DNA of 64,000 nucleotides from Rhodothermales bacterium (GTDB taxonomy: Bacteria > Bacteroidota > Rhodothermia > Rhodothermales > JANQRZ01): the NCBI GenBank assembly GCA_039944855.1, contig JBDUXZ010000001.1, forward strand, positions 2,568 to 66,567, written 5' to 3'. The position numbers and the translations under genes are program-made. The first letter of the stretch is position 1. The number at the start of each line of letters is the position of its first letter. Positions 27,658 to 37,394 of this stretch are shown here, piece by piece. The notes under the pieces are model-generated. The model saw only the letters and a program-made list of their open reading frames with translations. It ran no database searches and had not been told where the DNA came from.

Positions 27658-29088
27658 ATGCCCACGCGCATCCTGCTCGTCGAGGATAACCCCGGCGACG
27701 CCATCATCTTCCGAGAGAAGCTCAACGCGAGCGACCTCGACTACGAACTCACGCACACAAAACGGCTGAGCGAAGGGCTGGAGACCCTCGGCTCGGCCAC
27801 GTACGACATCCTCCTCGTCGACCTCTCGCTCCCGGACGCGCAGGGGCTCGAGGCCGTGACGAAGGTGCGTGAGGCAGCGCCCGACCGCCCGCTCATCGTG
27901 CTCACCGGGCTCGACGACGCCCGCGCCGCCGCCGAAGCGAAGAAGCTCGGCGCCGTCGACTACCTCGTGAAGTGGTACGTCGATAGCGTCTCGCTCGCGC
28001 GCTACATCCGGTACGCGATTGCGCAGTACCAGATGTACGAGACGGGCGCCTCCGACGAGGCCGGCTTCCGGCCGACCTCGGCGGAGATCACGCCCCGTCC
28101 GGGCCGGTCGGGCATGAGCGGGACCGTCGTGGAGGGGAAGATCGTCGAGCGGCCCGCGCCGGTGACCGAGCGCGCCGAGCCGGAGGCGGGCACCGCCGTC
28201 GCCGAACCCGGGACGCAGACGGACGATGCCCTCCGCGACGCGCTCACCGCTGTCGATACCGCCGTGCTGATCGTGACGGAGGGGCGTGAGATCGTGTTCG
28301 CCAGCGACGCCGCGCGGGCGTGGGTCCGCGAGGACACGTACCCGTGGCCGGTGGAGGAGGGACGACGGCGCATCCCGCGGAAGGGACGGCCGCTGGAGCA
28401 GCGGGCCAGCCGGACGACGTGGGAGGGCCGCGCGGCGCTCCTCGTCACGCTCGCCCTCGCGCCGGACGAGACGCCGAAGCCCGCCCCGGAACCGGCCCCA
28501 CAGACCGCGACGCAAGCGGCGCCGTCGCCCGCCGAGGCCACGTTGCGGAGGTCTACGGAAGCGGCGCTCGCGTTCGTGGAGCGGGCCGAGCAGCGCAGCG
28601 CGTGGATGGCCGACGTGCTCCGCTCCGCCCTCGACCTCCACCGCACGACGCACGGTGACGTGACCGCACAGCCGACGGATCTCGACGCGCTCGAACTGGC
28701 GCAACAGGTCGTCCGCGAGCATCGCTCGCTCGCGATGAGCCTCGGTCTCCCGCTCCGCGTCACCTCGCCGCGGAAGAAGGTGATGGCCTACGGCGACCGC
28801 AATCTCGTCAACGCCCTCCTGAATCGCCTCATCGTAGACGCCGTGCAGAGCGCGGGGCCCGAAGGCGTCGAGGTCCGTGCCGACGTGGACCGGAGCGTCT
28901 CCACGCTCGAAGTCGAGTGGGCCGAGAGCAGCCGGGCGGCGGACCCCGCCGTGGAAGCGTGCGCCGGGCTCGGCCGCGACCTCGTGGAGCGGATGGTCGA
29001 GGCGGTGGGCGGCGAGAGCGAGCACGAGCGGCGGGCGGGCGGGCACCACCTCGTCACCGTCCGGCTCCCCGGCCGGGCCGAGGCATGA
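27658..29088 (+). CDS. receiver domain fused to a PAS-like segment and a degenerate histidine-kinase-like C-terminus
   Basis: The receiver shows ILLVEDNPGD, DILLVDLSLPD, LIVLTG and YLVKW. A Pro/Ala-rich linker follows. At the C-terminal core, ADVLRSAL occupies the H-box position with no His, the N-box-like segment NRLIVDAVQ lacks Asn, and only a weak G2 box (AGLGRDLV) remains. Confidence 0.75.
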   Translation: MPTRILLVEDNPGDAIIFREKLNASDLDYELTHTKRLSEGLETLGSATYDILLVDLSLPDAQGLEAVTKVREAAPDRPLIVLTGLDDARAAAEAKKLGAVDYLVKWYVDSVSLARYIRYAIAQYQMYETGASDEAGFRPTSAEITPRPGRSGMSGTVVEGKIVERPAPVTERAEPEAGTAVAEPGTQTDDALRDALTAVDTAVLIVTEGREIVFASDAARAWVREDTYPWPVEEGRRRIPRKGRPLEQRASRTTWEGRAALLVTLALAPDETPKPAPEPAPQTATQAAPSPAEATLRRSTEAALAFVERAEQRSAWMADVLRSALDLHRTTHGDVTAQPTDLDALELAQQVVREHRSLAMSLGLPLRVTSPRKKVMAYGDRNLVNALLNRLIVDAVQSAGPEGVEVRADVDRSVSTLEVEWAESSRAADPAVEACAGLGRDLVERMVEAVGGESEHERRAGGHHLVTVRLPGRAEA

Positions 29089-29768
29089 TCGGGGGAGAGC
29101 CCGCGCTCATCGTCTTCGCGAAGGTGCCGGAGCCGGGCACCGTCAAAACCCGCCTGACCTCGCTCCTCACAGAAGCAGAGGCAGCGCGGCTCTACGACGC
29201 CTTCCTCCGTGACGCGCTCGACGCCTACCGCGGCCTCGGCGTCGCCGTCCGACTCTACCTCGGTCCATCGATCCATGCGGCGCCGGAAGGGCTCGTCCCC
29301 GGCGGCGTCTCGCTGCACGCGCAGCGCGGCGACGGGCTCGGCGAGCGGATGCTCAACGCCTTCGTCGAGACCTTCGTGGCGGGGCACGACCGCGCCGTCG
29401 TCATCGGGACCGACCACCCGACGCTCCCGCTCGCGTTCGTCGCGCAGGCGTTCGAAGAACTCGCGTCGCCCTTCGCCACCGTCATCGGGCCGAGCGACGA
29501 CGGGGGGTACTACCTGCTGGGGATGAACGAGGTCTACCCACAGCTATTTGAGGGGATGGACTACAGTCACCCCGACGTGTTCGCCGATACCCTGCAACGT
29601 GCCCACACGACGCCCGCCGCGATCAGCATCCTCCCGACGTGGTACGACGTGGACACGCCCGCCGCGCTCGAACGGCTCGCCGCCGACCTCGACCGCGAGC
29701 CCGGCGGGGCGAGCAAAACCCGTGAAGTCATGGCGGAGCTTCGTGAGAAGTACGAGCGCCTAGCGTAG
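29085..29768 (+). CDS. DUF2064 / TIGR04282-type glycosyltransferase-like protein
   Basis: The N-terminus LIVFAKVPEPGTVKTRL...AARLYDAFLRDAL and the later DGGYYLLG fit the DUF2064 pattern. Its ATG overlaps the upstream TGA (ATGA). Confidence 0.65.
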   Translation: MIGGEPALIVFAKVPEPGTVKTRLTSLLTEAEAARLYDAFLRDALDAYRGLGVAVRLYLGPSIHAAPEGLVPGGVSLHAQRGDGLGERMLNAFVETFVAGHDRAVVIGTDHPTLPLAFVAQAFEELASPFATVIGPSDDGGYYLLGMNEVYPQLFEGMDYSHPDVFADTLQRAHTTPAAISILPTWYDVDTPAALERLAADLDREPGGASKTREVMAELREKYERLA

Positions 29769-29830
29769 CTTGTGGCGCAATCATATGACTGGATAGGCCG
29801 TGTTAGGCTATCCCCCAGAATCCGAGGATC

Positions 29831-30886
29831 ATGGAAACGGTGTCCGTCCCCCAGAGCCAGTCCCTCGCCACGAACGGCGGCGAGCTCAAAACGCTGGAGC
29901 AGTTCATCATCGAGCGGCAGGGGGACGTGCCCGGCTCGACGGGCCAGTTCTCGCGCCTCCTGCGCGACCTCTCGCTCGCCGCAAAGATCGTCGACCGCGA
30001 CGTGCGGAAGGCGGGCCTCGTCGACATCTTCGGCGAGGCGGGCGGCGAGAACGCCACCGGCGACACGCAGAAGAAGCTCGACATGCTCGCGCACGAGGAG
30101 TTCGTCCGCGCGCTCCGGCGCGGCGGCGAGTGCTGCCTCATCGGGAGCGAGGAGCATGCCGAGGCGATTCCGCTCAAGACGAACGGCCACTCCGGCCGCT
30201 ACATCGTGCTGATGGACCCGCTCGACGGCTCCTCGAACGTCGACGTCAACGTCTCGATCGGGACGATCTTCTCGATCTACCGCGTGCCCGACGGGTGCGA
30301 GCCCGCCGCCGAGCACGCGCTTCAGCCCGGACGAGACCAGGTTGCCGCGGGCTACGTCGTCTACGGCTCGTCGACGATGCTCGTTTACACGACCGGCAAC
30401 GGCGTCAACGGCTTCACGCTCGACCCCTCGATTGGCGAGTTTCTCCTCTCGCACCCCAACATCACCACGCCGCCGACGGGCCGGATCTACTCCATCAACG
30501 AGGGGAACTACCGCTCGTGGGAGGACGGCACGAAGGAGTACATCAAGTGGGTCCAGATGGAGGACGAGGCGACGAACCGGCCGCTGACGTCGCGTTACAT
30601 CGGCTCGTTCGTGGCGGACTTCCACCGCAACCTCCTCAAGGGCGGCATCTACATCTACCCGGCGAACGTGCGCGACCCGCGCGGCAAGCTCCGCCTGATG
30701 TACGAGGCGAACCCGATGGCCTTCATCGTCGAGCAGGCCGGTGGCCGGGCCTCCACGGGCAGCCGGCCCATCCTCGACGTGACGCCGACGATGCTCCACC
30801 AGCGGACGCCGGTCTACATCGGCTCCCCCGACATGGTGGAGATGGCCGAGGACTTCGTCGCCGGACGCCGCACGCACAACGACTGA
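29831..30886 (+). CDS. fbp: fructose-1,6-bisphosphatase class 1
   Basis: It has DPLDGSSNVDVNVSIGTIFSIY and GKLRLMYEANPMAFIVEQAGG, with full-length class I FBPase layout. Confidence 0.93.
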   Translation: METVSVPQSQSLATNGGELKTLEQFIIERQGDVPGSTGQFSRLLRDLSLAAKIVDRDVRKAGLVDIFGEAGGENATGDTQKKLDMLAHEEFVRALRRGGECCLIGSEEHAEAIPLKTNGHSGRYIVLMDPLDGSSNVDVNVSIGTIFSIYRVPDGCEPAAEHALQPGRDQVAAGYVVYGSSTMLVYTTGNGVNGFTLDPSIGEFLLSHPNITTPPTGRIYSINEGNYRSWEDGTKEYIKWVQMEDEATNRPLTSRYIGSFVADFHRNLLKGGIYIYPANVRDPRGKLRLMYEANPMAFIVEQAGGRASTGSRPILDVTPTMLHQRTPVYIGSPDMVEMAEDFVAGRRTHND

Positions 30887-30910
30887 CGGAGAGACGGCCA
30901 AGTGTAGAAT

Positions 30911-30940
30911 CGTGGGGGCGGCGGAGGCGCTGCCCCCACG
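30911..30940 (+). terminator. hairpin after fbp
   Basis: CGTGGGGGC-(12 nt loop)-GCCCCCACG is followed by ACGTTTCGTT. Confidence 0.5.
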
Positions 30941-31023
30941 ACGTTTCGTTCGGCCACGGCGGTCCGTGCGGTACCTTCCGTACAGCTATCCTCGTTGCAC
31001 TCCCTCCCTCGCTACCTACCCCC

Positions 31024-32004
31024 GTGCGCCCGCTGCTCCTGCTCGCCCTGTTCTCCGTGCTCGCCGCGCCTCCGCTTCGGGGGCAATCTGGAACGGACTC
31101 GACCGTGAAGGCCACGGTGCCGTCGCCCGCCGTCCGGCTCCCGTTCATGCGCCGCCCTGGCGACCGCGCTACCGTCCGCATCGTGAAGAGCCGTGCGGAA
31201 CGCGACGGCGGCGTCCTCGTCGACAGCGTGAGCGGAACGTGGCTCGTCGACACCCGCGTGCTCGCCGCCCGCCCGCGCGGCTATACGATGGCGTGGACGT
31301 ACCAAGCACCGGGGCGCGACGACGAACGGCGCTTCGACCTCGCCACGAACACGCTCGAAGGCGTCCCCATCGTGTTCCGAACCGATGCCACCGGGCAGCC
31401 TTACGAGATCGCGAACGGCGATAGCCTCCGCGCCGCCATCAACGCGGCGCTGCGCGAGATGGCGCCGGGGCTCGGGCGGGAGGCGCGCGCCGCACTCGAC
31501 AACGTCCGCGCCACGGCCGCCACCGACGCCGGGCTCGAAGCGCTCCTGCTCGCCGACGTCGAGCGGTTTCACCTCGCCTCGGGCGGGCGTTATCCGGCCG
31601 GCCGCGCCGTGACGTACCGCTCCGCGCTGCCCAACCCCTTCGGCAGTGCGCCGATCCCCGCCGTCTCCAGCTTCCGCCTCGAACCCCTCGCTGCGCGGGA
31701 CTCGGTAGCGACGGTGCGGTGGCGACAGACGCCGGACACCGAGGCCCTCGCCCGCATCCTCATCGACCTCCTCAACGAGGTCACGCCGGGCCGCCCGCCG
31801 CTCACCACGGCCGAAGTCGTCCGCCGCTTCGGCGTCGAAGAAGAGGCGACGTACCGGGTCGGGACGAAGCGGGGCCAGATCTCTAGTGTGCGCTACAGGA
31901 AAGCCGTCCGCTTCGGCGACCGGGTGCGGACGGAGCGCGTGGCGATGGAGACGCAGGCTGCGCCGAAGCCGGCGCTGCCCTCACCCCCGCCCGAGCGGCC
32001 GTAG
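31024..32004 (+). CDS. hypothetical secreted protein
   Basis: A GTG start is followed by the signal-like segment RPLLLLALFSVLAAPPLRGQ. The upstream part of track ORF 29800..32004 overlaps fbp out of frame and has no start codon after fbp until 31024. Confidence 0.6.
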   Translation: MRPLLLLALFSVLAAPPLRGQSGTDSTVKATVPSPAVRLPFMRRPGDRATVRIVKSRAERDGGVLVDSVSGTWLVDTRVLAARPRGYTMAWTYQAPGRDDERRFDLATNTLEGVPIVFRTDATGQPYEIANGDSLRAAINAALREMAPGLGREARAALDNVRATAATDAGLEALLLADVERFHLASGGRYPAGRAVTYRSALPNPFGSAPIPAVSSFRLEPLAARDSVATVRWRQTPDTEALARILIDLLNEVTPGRPPLTTAEVVRRFGVEEEATYRVGTKRGQISSVRYRKAVRFGDRVRTERVAMETQAAPKPALPSPPPERP

Positions 32005-32017
32005 TAGCCGACGGGCT

Positions 32018-32671
32018 TCAGAGCGCGATGCTGACGCCCGCTACGGCCGAGAACCCGTTGTCGAGGTCGGGGCCGGGGCGGTCGCTGCTGAAGTTCGGCT
32101 CGGGCGTGGCGAAGCGGTAGCGCGCCTGCACGAACGGGTTCAGCGACCCGCGGCCGAACCGGAGCCCGGCCGTGAGGCTCGGCCCCAGCGCCCACGCCGT
32201 GACGTGGTCGTTGCCGACCACGGCGGCGCCGTCCGAGGCGTCGAAGTCGGCCGCGTAGCGGGCGTACGAGAGCCCGAGCCCGAGCGACGGGACGACCCGC
32301 GCGCCGGAGAGGGGGAACGAGCCGACGACCTCGGCGCTCGCCCGCAGCACGAACTGGCTGAAGTCGAGGGACTCGCCGCCCTCGAACTGCCGGGACTCGC
32401 CGGGGAGGAACGTCGCTTCGAAGGAAGGCTGGACCGCGAGGTCGAAGGGGAAGCGGCGTTCGAGAATCGGGAACGCCGCTCCGACCCCCACGAGGACGCC
32501 ACCCCGCGTGTCGAGGGCGGTCGTCGGGTCGGCGAGGAACGACGCGCCGTTGTCGTAGCCCGCGTCGAAGGCGTAGCCGGCGTAGGGCAGGATGCGGACC
32601 TGGGCTTGCGCTGGAGGGGAGAGGAGGCAGCCTACGAGTAGGGCGAGAGAGAGCGTCGAGAGCGTGCGCAT
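32018..32671 (-). CDS. small outer-membrane beta-barrel protein (OMP_b-brl-like)
   Basis: Signal peptide MRTLSTLSLALLVGCLLSPPAQAQ, then VRILPYAGYAF and alternating aromatic/Gly strands ending in ...AGVSIAL. It is a paralogue of the next gene. Confidence 0.7.
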   Translation of the reverse strand: MRTLSTLSLALLVGCLLSPPAQAQVRILPYAGYAFDAGYDNGASFLADPTTALDTRGGVLVGVGAAFPILERRFPFDLAVQPSFEATFLPGESRQFEGGESLDFSQFVLRASAEVVGSFPLSGARVVPSLGLGLSYARYAADFDASDGAAVVGNDHVTAWALGPSLTAGLRFGRGSLNPFVQARYRFATPEPNFSSDRPGPDLDNGFSAVAGVSIAL

Positions 32672-32798
32672 GGGCAGCAGACCAGGGAGGTGAGCGACGG
32701 GATCGGTCTCAAGAAACGACGGACCGGGCGGGCGGAGAGAAAATAAAACGCCCCGGTCAGCAGAGGCCGACCGGGGCGGAGTCGCAGGGCGCAGCGGT

Positions 32799-33353
32799 TT
32801 AGTTCGCGCCGAGCGGGATCGTGAAGCCACCGAGGATGGAGATTGCGCTGCCATCGAGGAGCGTGAGACGGCCCTGGACGAAAGGAGCACCGAAGCCGAT
32901 GCTGTCAAACTCCAAGCCCCCGACGATGTTGAGGCCGACCTCGGTTCCGCCCGCCTCGTCTTCCACGGCTTCGCAAACGGGGTTCCCCTCACAGTCGAAG
33001 CTGAAGCTTTGCGACAGGATAGCGAGGCCCGCGCCTACAAAGGGGTTGAGGCTGGCCGATTCGAGGCGTGCGATTACGTCTCCGTTGATCTGAAGAGCCG
33101 TCACGCTCACATCGCTGCCGAACCCAAAGTTTTCGTCACCGATGAAGAGGTATTCAATCGAAGGGCGGATGCCTAGGGCAAGGTTTCCGGCACTGAAGGG
33201 TGCATCGAGCTCAGTACCGATGCCAACGAGGAACGACTCCGCGTCGAGGTTATAGCCGAGGTAGGGTATCAGGCTGAACTGGGCTTCGGCGCGGTTCGCC
33301 GTCATGGGCAGGGCGAAAGCGACGAGGAGGGCGAGGAGAAGCGATTTGCGCAT
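32799..33353 (-). CDS. small outer-membrane beta-barrel protein (OMP_b-brl-like), paralogue
   Basis: Signal peptide MRKSLLLALLVAFALPMTANRAEAQ, then FSLIPYLGYNL, with the same architecture as 32018-32671. GC content is visibly lower than in surrounding genes. Confidence 0.75.
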   Translation of the reverse strand: MRKSLLLALLVAFALPMTANRAEAQFSLIPYLGYNLDAESFLVGIGTELDAPFSAGNLALGIRPSIEYLFIGDENFGFGSDVSVTALQINGDVIARLESASLNPFVGAGLAILSQSFSFDCEGNPVCEAVEDEAGGTEVGLNIVGGLEFDSIGFGAPFVQGRLTLLDGSAISILGGFTIPLGAN

Positions 33354-33546
33354 TGCGGTTGGGGTGTTGTTGAGAGGGTAGGAAGTGGCGGGGGAGAGCG
33401 GGGCGCGGTCATGTCGTAGCAGAACATGCGCCTAAGACCCTCACGAAAAAGATAGGGTAATCAGTTCATCCAAAGAACAAAGACTTCCCCCGAGGGTCGT
33501 ACGGGGCGATACACGAACTCGGCCCACCGAAGTTGCACGCCCCGCA

Positions 33547-34287
33547 GTGAAACGCTTTTCGACCCCCGACCCGTTGGACCTCCGGTTCGCCGGTTTTGCT
33601 CCCGAAGCGTTCGCCGTGCTGGAGCGGTTGCGCGAGCACCCGCACATCGAGCAGTACCGCGCGGAGAAGGACACGATCGCGGCGCACGTCACCGCGCCGC
33701 TCAAGGCGTATCGCGACGACCTCGTGGTCAACTGGGTCCTCCCGAACCGCCTCCCGTTCGAGACGGAGAAGAACGTCTTCAGCCGCCTGCTCAAGAACGA
33801 CTTCGGCGCTGGCGGCTGCCACCACCATCAGTGGATGGCGTTTTACCGTCCGCCGCGGCGCCGTCTCACGGACGTGCAACTCTCGCACAGCCTCTACCCC
33901 GACGGCTTCGTGTTCGGGCTCTACCTCGGCGAGTACGCCAAAGGCCTGTTTCGCGAGGCGAAGGCGTGGATGCTCGACGACCCGGCGCGGACGCTGGGCC
34001 TCCTCAACGGGCTGATTGAGCGCGGCTACACCTTCACGTACGCGCCCACCGTCACGAAGTCGCTGGCCTCGCCGACCTACGCCGAGCCGCTTGCCGCGCT
34101 GCCCGACGACCTCGCTAGGGCGAACGGAATGTGGGTTCGCCGGAAGATGACGCGGGATGCCGTGCTCGGTGCCGGGCCGGATCTCGTGCGCTATGCCATC
34201 GAAGCGCAGTCCGAACTGTGGCCGTTGTTTGTCGCGTGGGCCGGGGCGGAGGGGAAACCGTGGGCACAGGGGATGCCGCCGCAGTAA
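33547..34287 (+). CDS. conserved hypothetical protein, DUF2461/TIGR02453-like
   Basis: The N-terminus FAGFAPEAFAVLERLREHP...YRAEKDTIAAHVTAPLKAY resembles the family pattern. The function call is tentative. Confidence 0.45.
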   Translation: MKRFSTPDPLDLRFAGFAPEAFAVLERLREHPHIEQYRAEKDTIAAHVTAPLKAYRDDLVVNWVLPNRLPFETEKNVFSRLLKNDFGAGGCHHHQWMAFYRPPRRRLTDVQLSHSLYPDGFVFGLYLGEYAKGLFREAKAWMLDDPARTLGLLNGLIERGYTFTYAPTVTKSLASPTYAEPLAALPDDLARANGMWVRRKMTRDAVLGAGPDLVRYAIEAQSELWPLFVAWAGAEGKPWAQGMPPQ

Positions 34288-34330
34288 GTTTCCGCACGCC
34301 TTCCTGTCGCCCGTCACCATTCCCACTCGT

Positions 34331-35149
34331 ATGTCCGACCCTTCGACAAGCTCAGGGCAGGCTCTCGTCCTGCGCCGCCGTGAGGGCCGCGTCCTCACCC
34401 TCACGCTCAACCGGCCCGACAAGCGCAACGCGCTCAGCGCCGACCTCGTCGGCGCGCTGAAAGACGCGCTCGCCGAGGCCGCCGAAGACGACGCGGTCCG
34501 CGTCGTCGTGCTGACGGGAGCGGGGAAAGTGTTCTCGGCCGGGGCCGACCTCGCCGCGCTCGAAGCCCTGCAGACGGCGTCGCCGATGGACAACCTCGCC
34601 GACTCGCAGCACCTCGCCGGGCTGTTCGAGGCGATCTACCGTCACCCGAAGCCGGTCGTCGCCCATGTCAACGGGCACGCGATCGCAGGCGGATGCGGGC
34701 TCGCCGCGGTCTGCGATTTCGCGCTCGTCGCCGACGGGGCGAAGCTCGGGTTCACCGAAGTGCGAATCGGGTTCGTCCCCGCCATCGTCTCCGTCTTCGT
34801 GCTCCGCAAGCTCGGCGAGGCGGCAGCGCGCGACCTCATGCTTCGCGGCCACCTCATCTCCGCTGCGGACGCCGCCGCGGTCGGCCTCGTCACGCGCGCC
34901 GTCCCCGCCGCCGACCTCGACACCGCCGTCCGAACACTCGCCGACGAACTGGCGACGGAGACGAGCGAGACGGCCGTGGCGCTCACGAAACGCCTCCTCG
35001 CTGACGTGCCGGGGATGGGCCTCAGCGAAGCGCTCGACCACGCCGTCCAACTCAACGCACTCGCCCGCGGTACCGACGACTGCAAAGCCGGGATCGCGTC
35101 GTTCCTCGGCAAAACCGATCCGCCGTGGCGAGCGGCGAGCGGGGAGTAA
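34331..35149 (+). CDS. enoyl-CoA hydratase/isomerase family protein (crotonase fold)
   Basis: It has LTLNRPDKRNALS, VVVLTGAGKVFSAGADL and NGHAIAGGCGLA. The ATG at 34331 is preferred over the track start at 34157. Confidence 0.85.
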   Translation: MSDPSTSSGQALVLRRREGRVLTLTLNRPDKRNALSADLVGALKDALAEAAEDDAVRVVVLTGAGKVFSAGADLAALEALQTASPMDNLADSQHLAGLFEAIYRHPKPVVAHVNGHAIAGGCGLAAVCDFALVADGAKLGFTEVRIGFVPAIVSVFVLRKLGEAAARDLMLRGHLISAADAAAVGLVTRAVPAADLDTAVRTLADELATETSETAVALTKRLLADVPGMGLSEALDHAVQLNALARGTDDCKAGIASFLGKTDPPWRAASGE

Positions 35150-35240
35150 GGCTACCCGGCAGCGGGATGCGCGCCCCTGTTTCTGCTATCTTCCGTGACT
35201 CCGCATTTCCGCTTCCGCACCGCTCAGCACGTACTGCACC

Positions 35241-36239
35241 ATGACCACCTACCGTGATGCCGGCGTCGACATCGCCGCCGGGGAAGAAACCGTCGGCCGC
35301 ATCAAAGGGCTCGTCCGCCAGACGTTCACGCCGGGCGTGCTCGCCGACATCGGTGCGTTCGGCGGGTTCTTCGCGCTCGACACGGCGGCGTACCGCGAGC
35401 CCGTGCTCGTTTCGTCCATCGACGGCGTCGGGACGAAGCTGAAAGTGGCCGTGCGCGCGGGGCGGCACGACACCGTCGGTCAGGACCTCGTCAACCACTG
35501 CGTCAACGACATCGCCGTCTGCGGCGCGCGCCCGCTGTTCTTCCTCGACTACCTCGGGACCGGGCGGCTGGAGCCCGATGTGGCCGAGCAGATCGTGACG
35601 GGCTTCGTGACGGCGTGCAAGGAGAACGGCTGCGCGCTCATCGGCGGCGAGACGGCCGAGATGCCGGGCATCTACAGCGACGGCGATTACGACCTCGCGG
35701 GGAGCATCGTCGGTGTCGTCGAACGGGACGGCGTGATCGACGGGCGCCGCGTCGAGGCGGGTGACGTCCTCCTCGGCCTGCCGTCGACGGGGCTGCACAC
35801 GAACGGGTACTCCCTCGCCCGCGCCGTCCTCTTCGAACATTTCGGCGTGGATGACCGGCCCGGCGAACTCGGCGGCGAGACGGTGGGGGAGGTGCTCCTC
35901 CGCGTCCACCGCTCGTACCTCGACGCGATTCAAGCGCTCGTCCGCGACGACCTCGCGCACGGCTTCGCGCACATCACCGGCGGCGGGCTCGAAGGCAACA
36001 CGAAGCGCATCCTCGCCGACGGCCTGCGCCTCGACGTCGACTGGAATGCGTGGGAGCGACCCGCGATCTTCGAGCTGATCGGGCGCCTCGGCGACGTACC
36101 GGAGGACGACATGCGGAGCACGTTCAACCTCGGCGTCGGGCTCGTGGCCGTCGTGCCGCCGTCGCGCGTCGCGGACGCGAAGGCCGTGTGGACGGCGATG
36201 GGCGAGCAGCCCATCGAACTCGGCCGGATCGTCGGCTAG
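35241..36239 (+). CDS. purM: phosphoribosylformylglycinamidine cyclo-ligase (AIR synthetase)
   Basis: It has [23 protein letters not shown] and GGETAEMPG, with full-length PurM layout. Confidence 0.93.
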   Translation: MTTYRDAGVDIAAGEETVGRIKGLVRQTFTPGVLADIGAFGGFFALDTAAYREPVLVSSIDGVGTKLKVAVRAGRHDTVGQDLVNHCVNDIAVCGARPLFFLDYLGTGRLEPDVAEQIVTGFVTACKENGCALIGGETAEMPGIYSDGDYDLAGSIVGVVERDGVIDGRRVEAGDVLLGLPSTGLHTNGYSLARAVLFEHFGVDDRPGELGGETVGEVLLRVHRSYLDAIQALVRDDLAHGFAHITGGGLEGNTKRILADGLRLDVDWNAWERPAIFELIGRLGDVPEDDMRSTFNLGVGLVAVVPPSRVADAKAVWTAMGEQPIELGRIVG

Positions 36240-36276
36240 CGCCCTTTCTCCTCCTCGCCACAACCGACGCGCCCCC

Positions 36277-37329
36277 ATGCGAAACCTCGCCGAGAACTCC
36301 ATCGCCGTGCTCGGAGCCGGGAGCTGGGGGACCGCACTCGCACACAGCCTCGCCGTTTACGGCGCGCACGACGTCAAGCTCTGGGCCCGCCGCCCCGACC
36401 TCGTCGAGATGATCCAGCGCGAGCGGCGCAACCTCGAATACCTCCCGAACGCCGTGCTGCCGGACCGGGTGACGGTCACGTCGAGCGTAGCCGAAGCGGT
36501 GGAAGGATGCGCGCTCATCGTGTTCGCGACGCCGTCGCAGTCGGTCCGGCCCGTCGCGGGCCACCTCGCCGACCGGATCGGGCGGGAGCACACGGTCGTC
36601 TCCGTCGCCAAAGGGATCGAGGTCGACACGCTGATGACGACGACGCAGGTGCTCCGCGACGTGCTCATCGAGGCGAACCCCGACCGGATCGGTGTGCTCT
36701 ACGGGCCCAGCCACGCCGAGGAAGTGGGCGCAGGCCGGCCGACGACGGTTGTGGTGGCGATGCCAGACGTGGAGGCGGCGCACGCGGCGCAGCACGCGTT
36801 CATGACGGACCGGCTGCGGGTCTACGTCAACATGGACCTCATCGGCGTCGAGATCGCAGGCTCGGTCAAAAACGTGATGGCCCTCGCGGCCGGGATGGGC
36901 GACGGCGTCGGGCTCGGCGACAACGCGAAGGCGGCGCTCGTCACGCGCGGCCTCGCCGAGATCAAGCGGCTCGGGCTTGCGCTCGGTGCGGACCCGCACA
37001 CGTTCTCCGGGCTCGCCGGGCTCGGCGACCTCATCGTGACGTGCTTCAGCCGCCACAGCCGGAACCGCTACTTCGGCGAGCAGATCGGGAAAGGCCGCAC
37101 GCTGGAGGAGGTGGAGCAGGAGATGAAGATGGTGGCGGAAGGGGTCAAAACGACGCTCTCGGTCCGCGAACTGGCCGAGCGCCACGGCGTCGAAATGCCG
37201 ATCACGGAGGCCGTGCACAACATCCTCTTCCACCACCTCCGCCCGGAGGACGCCGTCTACGAGCTGATGACGCGGGCGGCGAAGCGGGAGGACATGCTGA
37301 GCGCGATGCGGGAGGCGGAGGAGGGCTGA
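36277..37329 (+). CDS. gpsA: NAD(P)H-dependent glycerol-3-phosphate dehydrogenase
   Basis: Rossmann motif IAVLGAGSWGTALA, plus SVAKGIE, GPSHAEEV and SRNRYFG. Confidence 0.92.
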   Translation: MRNLAENSIAVLGAGSWGTALAHSLAVYGAHDVKLWARRPDLVEMIQRERRNLEYLPNAVLPDRVTVTSSVAEAVEGCALIVFATPSQSVRPVAGHLADRIGREHTVVSVAKGIEVDTLMTTTQVLRDVLIEANPDRIGVLYGPSHAEEVGAGRPTTVVVAMPDVEAAHAAQHAFMTDRLRVYVNMDLIGVEIAGSVKNVMALAAGMGDGVGLGDNAKAALVTRGLAEIKRLGLALGADPHTFSGLAGLGDLIVTCFSRHSRNRYFGEQIGKGRTLEEVEQEMKMVAEGVKTTLSVRELAERHGVEMPITEAVHNILFHHLRPEDAVYELMTRAAKREDMLSAMREAEEG

Positions 37330-37394
37330 TTTATTGCCTCGGCCGTCGTGCGGCTCGCGCGAAACCTCCCCGGCCCTTCAGCCATACTTGCGCT

